Shown piece after piece: positions 45,901 to 54,819 of a stretch of DNA of 64,000 nt. The notes beneath the pieces are model-generated. The model did no database searches and had not been told where the DNA came from. It was given only the letters and a program-made list of their open reading frames with translations. Both the position numbers and the translations under genes were made by a program. The stretch lies in NCBI GenBank assembly GCA_035411425.1, contig DAONSX010000001.1:65678-129677 (forward strand), given 5' to 3'. Source of the DNA: Bacteroidales bacterium. GTDB taxonomy: Bacteria > Bacteroidota > Bacteroidia > Bacteroidales > TTA-H9. How positions within the stretch are numbered: the first letter of the stretch is position 1; each line of letters starts with the position of its first letter.

Positions 45901-46827
45901 TCAATCTTTACAGTAATTCATCAAGTATTTTATTGCAGGTTCATATCCAAGTTCTATGGCCATTTTCAAGTCGGCACAGCCAGTATCCATCTGATGCTGG
46001 GCAAGGCGGCTAAGACCTCTTCCTGTGAGAGCTTCAGCGGATGAATCTATGGAATAGGCCATGTTGTAATCCGATTCGGCTTCTGCAAATTTGTAAAGAT
46101 TAAAACTAGCCATAGCGCGGTTAAAATATGCTTCGGCATAATTGGGATTTAAATAAATAACTCGGGTAAAATCTTCGATTGCAGTGTAGTAATAACCAGC
46201 TTCGGCTTTCGCGACGCCACGGCTCAGGATAATTTCTGCATCGTTTGGCAAAAGCGCCAAGGCGGCATCGAAGTCGGCAATGGCCTCGAAGAACCTTCCC
46301 AGATGATGTTTGCATAAACCCCTATGATACAAAGCTTGAGTATTTTTTGAATCAGATTTGACTAATTTATCGAAGTTCATGAATGCTTGCTCATAATTTT
46401 GATGTTCGAAATCGATGAGGCCTAAATTAAAAAGGGCGTCGGTCATGGTAGTGTCAAGTGAAATAGTCTTTCGAAAGTCTTCCCTGGCCAGGGAATCATT
46501 TCCCAGAGCGTGATAAATCAAACCACGTTGATAGAATACATTGGTTTGCTTTGAGTTGATTCTGGCTGCCTGATCCATATCGAAAAGGGCTTTCTGGAAG
46601 TTTCCTAACTTGTAATAGAGCACACCTCTATTATACCATGCCTCGGGCAGTGTAGGATCTTTATAGATGGCGGTGTTGAAATTCTGGAGGGCCTGTTCTG
46701 TATATCCCAGACGGGCTGCTGTTATTCCCTGTTTTATGAAATATTCTGCATCATTCTGGGCTGAAGATTCAATAATGAGATTCCAAGAAATAAAAAGCAA
46801 CAAGATAATTTTGAAATATTGTTTCAT
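45901..46827 (-). CDS. TPR-repeat protein with a signal peptide
   Basis: N-terminal signal peptide, then about 7 canonical TPRs (EAWYNRGVLYYKLGNFQKALFDMDQAARINS...). The ATG overlaps the lpxB stop (ATGA). Confidence 0.8.
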   Translation of the reverse strand: MKQYFKIILLLFISWNLIIESSAQNDAEYFIKQGITAARLGYTEQALQNFNTAIYKDPTLPEAWYNRGVLYYKLGNFQKALFDMDQAARINSKQTNVFYQRGLIYHALGNDSLAREDFRKTISLDTTMTDALFNLGLIDFEHQNYEQAFMNFDKLVKSDSKNTQALYHRGLCKHHLGRFFEAIADFDAALALLPNDAEIILSRGVAKAEAGYYYTAIEDFTRVIYLNPNYAEAYFNRAMASFNLYKFAEAESDYNMAYSIDSSAEALTGRGLSRLAQHQMDTGCADLKMAIELGYEPAIKYLMNYCKD

Positions 46828-47945
46828 GATTGTGAAGCAATTACTCGTACGATTTCATTAGCAGCTCTTTTCGAAGCCCCCGGGCCTCCCAACAAATGCC
46901 TAATTTCGTCGTATCCTTTGCGAATCTCGTTTCTATATCGTTCATCTTTCACTATCTTGTCTATTTCGTCGTATAAACGTGCAGGAGTAAAATAGTTCTG
47001 TATGAGTTCTTTTACTACTTGTCGGCCGGCGATAAGATTAGGTAAGCCGATAAATCCGATTTTTACCATACGTCTGGCAATAAAATAAGAAAGGGGCTGA
47101 CCTTTATAACAAATTACCTGAGGCACATTCAGTAAGGCGGTTTCGAGTGAAGCAGTTCCCGAGGTAACTAAAGCTGCATAAGAATGACTCAGCAAATCAT
47201 AGGTTTGTCCCTTAGTGATTGCAATTCTATGATGATTGGTAATTGGTTCGAAAAAATTGTCGGGAAGAGAAGGAGCTGCTCCAATCACAAATTGGAATTC
47301 AGGGAAACGCTTTACCATGCTGAGCATCACGGGTAACATCACTTTTATTTCCTGTTTTCGACTGCCCGGCAAAATTGCTATTATAGGCTGGTGATTCAAA
47401 GAATTTCGACTGAGGAATTCTTCTCGAGAGGGAGGAATATATTCGGAAATAACATCGAGCAAGGGATGCCCTGCATAAAATACCTCAAAATGGTGTTGAG
47501 AATAAAAATCACTTTCGAAAGGAAGTATAGTAATCATGCGGTTGACGTATTTCTTTATGCTACGTACCCGCGATTGATGCCATGCCCAAACCTGTGGTGA
47601 TACATAATAGATGACTTTGATGTTATTTTTTCGGGCAAATTTGGCTATCCTCAAATTAAAACCCGGATAATCGACAAGAATAAGAGCGTGAGGTTGAAAG
47701 TTTAAGATATCGGATTTGCATTCATTTAGAATTTTTATAATGGTAGGGAGATGACCGGCCACTTCGACAAAACCCATAAATGAGAGGTCTCTGTGGTGTT
47801 TTATGATGTTTACCCCAGCTTTCTTCATCAAATCTCCACCAAAGCCACGGAATTCGGCTTCGCTGTCGAGTTCTTGGATTGCCTTTACCAGATTGGAAGC
47901 GTGTAAATCACCCGAGGCTTCACCTACAATGAGATAGTATTTCAT
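46824..47945 (-). CDS. lpxB: Lipid-A-disaccharide synthase
   Basis: MKYYLIVGEASGDLHASNLVKAI, VDYPGFNLRIAKFARK, YYVSPQVWAWHQSR, and TSGTASLETALLNVPQV are LpxB blocks. Confidence 0.93.
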   Translation of the reverse strand: MKYYLIVGEASGDLHASNLVKAIQELDSEAEFRGFGGDLMKKAGVNIIKHHRDLSFMGFVEVAGHLPTIIKILNECKSDILNFQPHALILVDYPGFNLRIAKFARKNNIKVIYYVSPQVWAWHQSRVRSIKKYVNRMITILPFESDFYSQHHFEVFYAGHPLLDVISEYIPPSREEFLSRNSLNHQPIIAILPGSRKQEIKVMLPVMLSMVKRFPEFQFVIGAAPSLPDNFFEPITNHHRIAITKGQTYDLLSHSYAALVTSGTASLETALLNVPQVICYKGQPLSYFIARRMVKIGFIGLPNLIAGRQVVKELIQNYFTPARLYDEIDKIVKDERYRNEIRKGYDEIRHLLGGPGASKRAANEIVRVIASQS

Positions 47946-48232
47946 ATAGTTCCCGCCTTTATCCTTACATAAATAAAATAGCCCAATACAAGGACAAAGA
48001 CCATGGTTAAAACTCCTCTACCTGTGCGTTCGAATTTTCGTCGCATAAAAAAATGTCGGATCAAAACGATTGGGATGATAAGTGAAAGCCAATACATTTG
48101 CCATGGTTGAAAAAATGGATCTAATCCCGTAATTGCAGTAAGAAGTAAGCCGATGAGCCAGAACAGTATTCCTCCGGTTATCATTCCGAGCAGTCCGGCT
48201 AAAAGTCCAAACCAATAGGTATTCTTATTCAT
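47942..48232 (-). CDS. Small hypothetical membrane protein (96 aa, about 3 TM)
   Basis: Its 5' end overlaps the stop of the upstream surE gene and its stop overlaps the start of the downstream lpxB gene. The sequence is hydrophobic and I recognise no family. Confidence 0.45.
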   Translation of the reverse strand: MNKNTYWFGLLAGLLGMITGGILFWLIGLLLTAITGLDPFFQPWQMYWLSLIIPIVLIRHFFMRRKFERTGRGVLTMVFVLVLGYFIYVRIKAGTI

Positions 48233-49001
48233 TGTTGAATATTTTCTTCAAGTAATCCAAGGCATAATGTGCCGTCATGTCGTACTGAACAGGCATTACC
48301 GAAATGAAGTTGTTTTCCAAGGCGCAAAGATCACTACCCGGTTGCCCATCGTAATTTATAAAATTCCCCATTATCCAGAAATAATCTCTTTCGCGTGGAT
48401 CGAGGCGATGATCGAATTCTTCTTCCCATCTTCCTTCACCCTGATGTGTAATATGAATTCCACGGATTGGTTCACCTCCTGTTTCGGGAATGTTTACATT
48501 CAAGCAGACTCCTCTTGGTAATCCATTTTCGAGAATAATGCGTGCAATTCTGGTAACCCATTCATCGAGGCAACTGAAATTGGCATGGTATGAATAATCA
48601 CAAAACGAAAAACCTATGCTGGGAATATCTAACATGCAACCTTCCAATACAGCTGCCATAGTTCCAGAATACAGAATGTTGATAGAGGCATTAGAACCAT
48701 GATTGATGCCCGAAACCAAAAGATCAGGTTTCCGGGGTACGAGAAATTTTTCGGCCAGTTTCACACAATCGACAGGTGTGCCACTTATACCGTATTCCTC
48801 ATAATTTTCTTCCTCGCTAATTTTCTGATAACGCAAAGGAATATTTACGGTGATGGAATGAGCCATCCCCGACTGAGGTTTATCAGGAGCGGCTACAATA
48901 ACATGACCCATGGGCCGCATCATTCGTATCAAGGCTTTGATGCCTGGAGCATTCACTCCATCATCATTGGTAACTAAAATGAGTTTATTATCCATAAACA
49001 T
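48225..49001 (-). CDS. surE: 5'/3'-nucleotidase SurE
   Basis: LILVTNDDGVNAPGIKAL, the SGINHGSN motif, and YSGTMAAVLEG. Confidence 0.93.
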   Translation of the reverse strand: MFMDNKLILVTNDDGVNAPGIKALIRMMRPMGHVIVAAPDKPQSGMAHSITVNIPLRYQKISEEENYEEYGISGTPVDCVKLAEKFLVPRKPDLLVSGINHGSNASINILYSGTMAAVLEGCMLDIPSIGFSFCDYSYHANFSCLDEWVTRIARIILENGLPRGVCLNVNIPETGGEPIRGIHITHQGEGRWEEEFDHRLDPRERDYFWIMGNFINYDGQPGSDLCALENNFISVMPVQYDMTAHYALDYLKKIFNNE

Positions 49002-49230
49002 TCCTCTTCAAAAATAAAATAATCTCCACTTAAAATAACTTTACCAAATTTTTTTTCATTTAAAAATGAAACTAATGTCACCATCATTATAAAAAAGAAA
49101 CATATTAAATAACACTTCCTTCGGTAATTTCATTTTTATGAATTAAGTAATTAGAAATATCGAGGTTCATCCTTTTGAATTGACAAAGTTAACAGTATTC
49201 TATGATAAGGATTAAAATTAAGTTAAACAA

Positions 49231-49812
49231 TCAGAAGGTTTGAAGATGCTTGTATAGGATTTGAGTAGGCAAGCCCATCACGTTGTAAAACGAACCATGA
49301 ATAGCTTCTATGCCAATGTATCCGATCCATTCCTGAACGCCATACGAACCGGCCTTATCATATGGAGAATAATAGTCGACATAATATTCGATTTCTTCTT
49401 TTTCAAGTTTTCTAAATCTTACCTCACTTTCGGCCACGAATGTTTCGGTTTTTCTTGATGAACGCAAGCAAATTCCCGTGTATACGAAATGAGTATTGTT
49501 AGAGAGTTGTTTGAGCATGATGATGGCCTCTTGTCTCGAAGAGGGTTTGTTGAGGATGTGATTATTCAGCCAAACAATTGTATCGGCCGTAATCAGAAGA
49601 AAGTTTTCGGGCAGGTCTTCATTATTGAAAGCCAAACTTTTGCGTCGAGCAAGCATCAAAGCGACATCTTTCCCGTGCATATCGAGAGGGTAGTCTTCTG
49701 GAGTTTCTTTTGTAAAGACCAGGAAGGGAAGGTCAAGCCCCGCAAGCAATTGCTGCCTTCTGGGTGAGCGCGAAGCTAAAATAAGAATGTAATCTTGTAG
49801 GTTGGATAGCAT
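49231..49812 (-). CDS. maf: Maf-like nucleoside triphosphate pyrophosphatase
   Basis: ILASRSPRRQQLL, ITADTIV, and DKAGSYGVQE are Maf signatures. Confidence 0.9.
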   Translation of the reverse strand: MLSNLQDYILILASRSPRRQQLLAGLDLPFLVFTKETPEDYPLDMHGKDVALMLARRKSLAFNNEDLPENFLLITADTIVWLNNHILNKPSSRQEAIIMLKQLSNNTHFVYTGICLRSSRKTETFVAESEVRFRKLEKEEIEYYVDYYSPYDKAGSYGVQEWIGYIGIEAIHGSFYNVMGLPTQILYKHLQTF

Positions 49813-49906
49813 TTCGAAATTTTACCTGGATTGTTTCAATATGATTGAATATCAAAATAATGGTTGATCATTTCTGGTGAAAAACCTCATAAATCTCTCC
49901 TATTGG

Positions 49907-51544
49907 CTATTCGAGGTATTTTCCAACAATAGGCATTCTGCGTCCACTACCGAACGCCTTCTTCGATACCCTGAGGACAGGAGGCGCTTGATATCGTTTA
50001 TACTCGTTGGAATTTACCATTTTTAGAATTCGAAGCACCAATGCTGAATCATGACCCTGAGCGATGATTTCTGTCGGTCCTTGCTGTTCCTCTATATAGA
50101 GACGAAGAATGGGATCCAGAATTTCGTATAAGGGCAATGAGTCACTGTCTTTCTGGTTAGGGCGCAATTCTGCCGAAGGTGGTTTTAAAAGGGTACTCTC
50201 GGGGATGATAGGGCTTTTGCAATTGATATAATGAGCAAGAGCATAAACATCTGTTTTATAGACATCGCCCAAAACCGATAATCCTCCGCACATATCGCCA
50301 TAAAGTGTACCATAACCCACGGCAAGTTCGCTTTTATTTGAAGTATTGAGCAAAATATGGCCAAATTTATTCGAAAAAGCCATCAGGATAATTCCTCTAA
50401 GGCGCGCCTGAAGATTTTCTTCGGTGACATCGGAAGGCATTTTCTTGAAAAAATATTCAAATGTGTTTTCTAAACTTTTATACGCCTTATCGATGCTTAT
50501 TATTTCAAAATCAACCTCTAATCGTTGAGATAATAGAATAGCGTCAGTAATACTTTGAGGTGCGGTATAGTGAGAGGGTAGAATGAGAGCCTTTACATGA
50601 TCATTCCCAAGTGCTTCCTTTGCTAAAACCAGCACCAATGCCGAATCTATTCCGCCCGAAAGTCCTAGAATGGCATTTTTCAGGTTTAATTTGCCAAAAT
50701 ATTCCTGTATGCCAAAAACCAGTGCATCATGTATCATTTCTATACGTGAAAGGGGATAATGAGGCAGGGCATTGGATATCGAATGGAGTTTTTTGGTATC
50801 GACAATCACCATGTCTTCGGCAAAAAGTTTCATGCGTGCTACGATATCTCCATAAATGTCAATAACCATCGAATCTCCGTCGAATATCAAATCGGTATGT
50901 GCGCCCACCTGATTGACGTAAATAAGAGGTATTTGGGATCTTACGGTGTTTTCTTTCAGTATTTTCGGCCTCAGCTCCGTTTGATTGTCGTGAAATGGTG
51001 AAGCCGAAATATTCACCATAAGCGATGGATTTAATTTAAGTAGTTCATCCTGTGGTTTGCATAAATAAAGTGGGTTATTGTCGGTATCAAGTAAATCCTC
51101 GCAGATGCAAAGCGCAATTCTTTCACCTCTAAATTCAAAAACATCGAACTGCTGGTTGGGTTCAAAGTAGCGATATTCATCGAATATATCATCATCAGGG
51201 AGCAAGGTTTTGCGTTGAATGCCAAGAACTTGTCCTTCATATAATAAAAGTGCAGCATTAAACAAGGGTTTCCCTTTCCTTGTTTCGTTTTTTATGGGAC
51301 TTCCCACAATGGCAGCAATATCTCGACAGGCTCGACTAATTTTCTGAACCGATTCTTCGCATTTTTCTATAAAATCATCGAATTCTAATAAATCTTTTGG
51401 GGGATACCCACATACTGAGAGTTCGGAAAAAATAGCCAGCGAAGCTCCTTTTGATTTTGCTTCCTGTATAGATTGGATGATTTTTTTTGTGTTTCCTTCG
51501 AAGTCACCAATGATGTAATTGAGTTGAATCAGAGCTATCTTCAT
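49907..51544 (-). CDS. nadE: Glutamine-dependent NAD+ synthetase (CN-hydrolase domain plus NAD synthase domain)
   Basis: Start moved to the ATG at 51544 (MKIALIQLNY). Nitrilase-type CICEDL, and the PP-loop GLSGGIDSA in the C-terminal domain. Confidence 0.92.
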   Translation of the reverse strand: MKIALIQLNYIIGDFEGNTKKIIQSIQEAKSKGASLAIFSELSVCGYPPKDLLEFDDFIEKCEESVQKISRACRDIAAIVGSPIKNETRKGKPLFNAALLLYEGQVLGIQRKTLLPDDDIFDEYRYFEPNQQFDVFEFRGERIALCICEDLLDTDNNPLYLCKPQDELLKLNPSLMVNISASPFHDNQTELRPKILKENTVRSQIPLIYVNQVGAHTDLIFDGDSMVIDIYGDIVARMKLFAEDMVIVDTKKLHSISNALPHYPLSRIEMIHDALVFGIQEYFGKLNLKNAILGLSGGIDSALVLVLAKEALGNDHVKALILPSHYTAPQSITDAILLSQRLEVDFEIISIDKAYKSLENTFEYFFKKMPSDVTEENLQARLRGIILMAFSNKFGHILLNTSNKSELAVGYGTLYGDMCGGLSVLGDVYKTDVYALAHYINCKSPIIPESTLLKPPSAELRPNQKDSDSLPLYEILDPILRLYIEEQQGPTEIIAQGHDSALVLRILKMVNSNEYKRYQAPPVLRVSKKAFGSGRRMPIVGKYLE

Positions 51545-51569
51545 AAGATCCGATCTAACGCTTTGATTA

Positions 51570-52292
51570 TTAGAAAAATAAAGCCAAAGAAAGTTCCAAA
51601 TAATTGGCAATCCCATCTTCCGAAGCATTTACTGAAGGATGGGAGTTATAATCGGAAAAGATATCCGTAAATGAATTATTGAAACCCAATCCAATCATGA
51701 TAAAGGTGGATTGATCGAAGTGGTATTCGAATCCACCTCCAACAAAAATGGAGAGTTTCATAGCATTTAGAGCCGATGAAACATCGGGTTCGTTTTTCAA
51801 GGTCGTTCCCTGTTGGGAATAAAAAATATCGTTAGCATGGGCTCTTAGTTTAAAAGCAGGCACTAAACCCATATCTCCATAAAATCGAGTGTTTTTTTTG
51901 GGTAGTGTTTTCATCTTGAATAGTAAAGGAATTTCAAGATAACGATAGCTATAATTGCGGTAGACCTTTCCGAGAATCAATGTAGTATCACCTATTCCAT
52001 TAGTCTTAGGTTTGGGTATTGGATAGTTTACCGGGTAGCAAATTTTACCTCCTTGATAACTTAATCCAAACCCGCTGGAAAAGAAATAATTATCTCGAAG
52101 ATTGATGTCAGCAATTAAACCCCACGTGAATCCAATTTTTCCACCATCGTTTTTATAGTTTCGCGTTTCAGGATTTATCCAGGTGTAATTTGGACTGACT
52201 TTTATTCCAAATTGATACTTCTTTTCGCTTTGTTGGCCAAAAATATTCAGAGCCGCAACCATCACAAGCAATAACCCGATAAACTTTTTCAT
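51570..52292 (-). CDS. Small outer-membrane beta-barrel (porin family / PorT-like) protein
   Basis: Start at the ATG 52292 (signal peptide MKKFIGLLLVMVAALNIFGQQ). Alternating amphipathic beta-strand pattern, about 240 aa, ending in LSLALFF. Confidence 0.7.
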   Translation of the reverse strand: MKKFIGLLLVMVAALNIFGQQSEKKYQFGIKVSPNYTWINPETRNYKNDGGKIGFTWGLIADINLRDNYFFSSGFGLSYQGGKICYPVNYPIPKPKTNGIGDTTLILGKVYRNYSYRYLEIPLLFKMKTLPKKNTRFYGDMGLVPAFKLRAHANDIFYSQQGTTLKNEPDVSSALNAMKLSIFVGGGFEYHFDQSTFIMIGLGFNNSFTDIFSDYNSHPSVNASEDGIANYLELSLALFF

Positions 52293-52644
52293 GGTAGTTT
52301 GAATTTTAAACAAAGATACAGGCATTTATTGATTTATAAAGGTTGAAATAAAAGTATTGTTTTGTTCCCTGTAATGTAGGTGGTGAATAAGATGCCTGTG
52401 ACCCGGTACGAAGGTGAAATTCAAGATAACAAATGACAATTGCTGATGAAACATTGAGGGTAAATAAGCCCAACGATATTGGTGTTTTTGTGGTTCCGAC
52501 ATTTTTTTTCTGGAATTTCACGGCTTGGCGAAGAGAAAGTTCCCCCAAATACATAAAAAAAGCTCGCCGTTCTTTATTTCCACATCCTGTATTTCCATTA
52601 TCTTTATATAAATTTTATGGCCATTTGATATTTTATATAATTCA

Positions 52645-54450
52645 GTGAATTTCAAAACGATAATCTTTCTTTCGGCTTTATTGCTGGTTAACTTTTACGG
52701 CATGACACAAGTGAGGGTGAAGGTCTGGTCGGATGAATTTAATTATAGCGGCCTGCCCGATACTAATCTTTGGGGATATGATGTTGGAGCTGGTGGATGG
52801 GGGAACAACGAATCTCAATATTACACGGATCATCGTTGGTTAAATGCAAGGGCCGAAAGTGGTAAGCTGATTATTGAAGCAAGAAAAGAAAATTTTGAAG
52901 ACTGTGAATATACCTCGGCAAGGCTTGTTACGCGCAACAAGGGAGATTGGAAATATGGTCGCATCGAGGTATCTGCTCGATTACCGCATGGTCGAGGCAC
53001 ATGGCCAGCCATCTGGATGTTGCCTACCGATTGGGTTTATGGCAGTTGGGTTAAAAGTGGTGAAATCGACATCATGGAATACGTTGGTTCCGATCCTGGT
53101 ATAGTTCATGGCACTATTCATACACAAGCCTATAATCATATTATTGGCACACAAAAGACGGATACATTTTATGTTCCTGATGCCGAAACCAACTTCCATC
53201 TCTATGCCATTGAATGGACAGAAGAAAAAATAGATTTCTTCGTAGATGATGAAAAATATTTCAGTTTCTATAACGAACATACGGGTTACACTACTTGGCC
53301 CTTCGATCAGCGCTTTCATTTATTATTGAATATTGCCGTTGGCGGAAGCTGGGGAGGACAACAAGGAATAGACCCAGATATCTGGCCACAAAAAATGTGG
53401 GTAGATTATGTAAGAGTTTTTCAGAATATTCCTTTTGAGGAAATTCATATTGAAGGTCCATGCTGCCTTCAGGCCGGACAAGCTAATGCTGTTTTTGAAA
53501 TTCAAGATATAGAAGGAGCTATATTTCATTGGACTGTTCCTGAAGGAGCTACTATAGAATCGGGACAGGGGACTCATAAAATCAAGGTAACATGGGGAAA
53601 TGATGAAGAAAATGTAAAATGTGAAGTCATTCATCCTCATGCTGGCGGAATTTATTCGAAGGAGGTATTCATTGCTCTTGCTCCTGTTTATTCGAGGTAT
53701 GATCTCACCAATTTTGCCATTCAGGATACTGAAGGATGGACAATTACCGCTAATCCACCTAATCAAGTCAATATCTTCAAGCAAGATACCTTGATGCAAC
53801 TCAATTATTCAATATTTCCAAATGCGGGTAAACCTTATCTGGAATATACTTTTCCTACAATTGTAGATATGAACCAGCATCCTCATCTGAACGTGTTTCT
53901 GAAGACTTTTAATAAAAGTGGTACTGCAGCGACAAAGATCGAACTTTTCGATTCTCGAAAGCGATTCACCGATGTTGATCCCGGATTTTCGATTCTGCCT
54001 TTGCAACTTTCAGGCGAAATTCAAGCCTTCCATTTCGATTTTACTAACCATTGGAACACCAATCTACCCTTTCCAAATTCCAAGGTAGATTCCAACTGTA
54101 TTTCAGGCTTGAGAATATACTTGGATACACCTGGTTCCGAATGTCCCTGCTTCGATTCGCTCTGGATATCGAGAATCGAAATCAGCAAGGAAAATTATTT
54201 GGGAATCAGCAACCGACAATCTGAGCCCTTCATTCGTTTTTATCCCAATCCTTTTCGACAAACTCTTTACATAAAATCGAGTAAAAACTTTCCCGATCAT
54301 TTTTATATCTTTGACCTCACAGGTAGAGAAGTTTTTCATACAATTATCAATCAACCCGTCAACCTTCTCTCTCTCGATTTTCTCAACCCGGGTGTTTATT
54401 TGGGTGTTTTGAAAAATTCAAGATATCGCCAGTATATTATCAAACAATAA
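52645..54450 (+). CDS. Glycoside hydrolase family 16 (laminarinase / beta-glucanase type) with a middle domain and a T9SS C-terminal sorting domain
   Basis: GTG start. GH16 catalytic motif SGEIDIMEY (ExDxxE), WPAIWMLP, and FHLYAIEW. The C-terminus FYPNPFRQTLYIKSS...GVYLGVLKNSRYRQYIIKQ is CTD-like. Confidence 0.88.
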   Translation: MNFKTIIFLSALLLVNFYGMTQVRVKVWSDEFNYSGLPDTNLWGYDVGAGGWGNNESQYYTDHRWLNARAESGKLIIEARKENFEDCEYTSARLVTRNKGDWKYGRIEVSARLPHGRGTWPAIWMLPTDWVYGSWVKSGEIDIMEYVGSDPGIVHGTIHTQAYNHIIGTQKTDTFYVPDAETNFHLYAIEWTEEKIDFFVDDEKYFSFYNEHTGYTTWPFDQRFHLLLNIAVGGSWGGQQGIDPDIWPQKMWVDYVRVFQNIPFEEIHIEGPCCLQAGQANAVFEIQDIEGAIFHWTVPEGATIESGQGTHKIKVTWGNDEENVKCEVIHPHAGGIYSKEVFIALAPVYSRYDLTNFAIQDTEGWTITANPPNQVNIFKQDTLMQLNYSIFPNAGKPYLEYTFPTIVDMNQHPHLNVFLKTFNKSGTAATKIELFDSRKRFTDVDPGFSILPLQLSGEIQAFHFDFTNHWNTNLPFPNSKVDSNCISGLRIYLDTPGSECPCFDSLWISRIEISKENYLGISNRQSEPFIRFYPNPFRQTLYIKSSKNFPDHFYIFDLTGREVFHTIINQPVNLLSLDFLNPGVYLGVLKNSRYRQYIIKQ

Positions 54451-54685
54451 TTTATTGCTCCTTATAGACTTATAGACTCATTATTGTTTATCAACCAACA
54501 ATATGGTTTTCTGGTAAATAATATTACAGCTATTCTTTATTAAAATAATCAAAACCAAATACTTAGATAGAGATTTATCTGTGACTTTCTTAAAATGAAC
54601 TTTTAAACGAGTAAGCTTTGAAATAGATTTCACGATTGAAAAGGAGGATAATTTACTCGAAGGACCTGCTAAGCCAGAATCATAA

Positions 54686-54706
54686 ATTGATTAATTTTTA
54701 ATCAAT
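54686..54706. promoter_or_regulatory. Perfect 9-3-9 palindrome upstream of dnaE2 (candidate operator)
   Basis: ATTGATTAA-TTT-TTAATCAAT lies about 115 nt upstream of the ATG at 54820. Confidence 0.3.
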
Positions 54707-54819
54707 ATTTTTTAATCATCTCAATGAAATTTTGGTGAAATGATTTCAAAATTGAGCAAAATAAGAAAATCTGTATTAATTTAGATGAGCTCAATTTGAT
54801 GTAAAATTAATCAAAAAAT

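Noticed and set aside
51545-51628. N-terminal extension of the nadE ORF; similar extensions exist for ndk (26912-26950), the nucleotidyltransferase (35490-35570), the OMP (52293-52325) and the giant TPR protein (25474-25545)
   Set aside because: The internal ATGs give canonical N-termini or signal peptides and remove overlaps with neighbouring genes.
53323-53799. 158-aa minus-strand ORF (plus 52981-53319 and others)
   Set aside because: It is antisense inside the GH16 gene and has no motifs.
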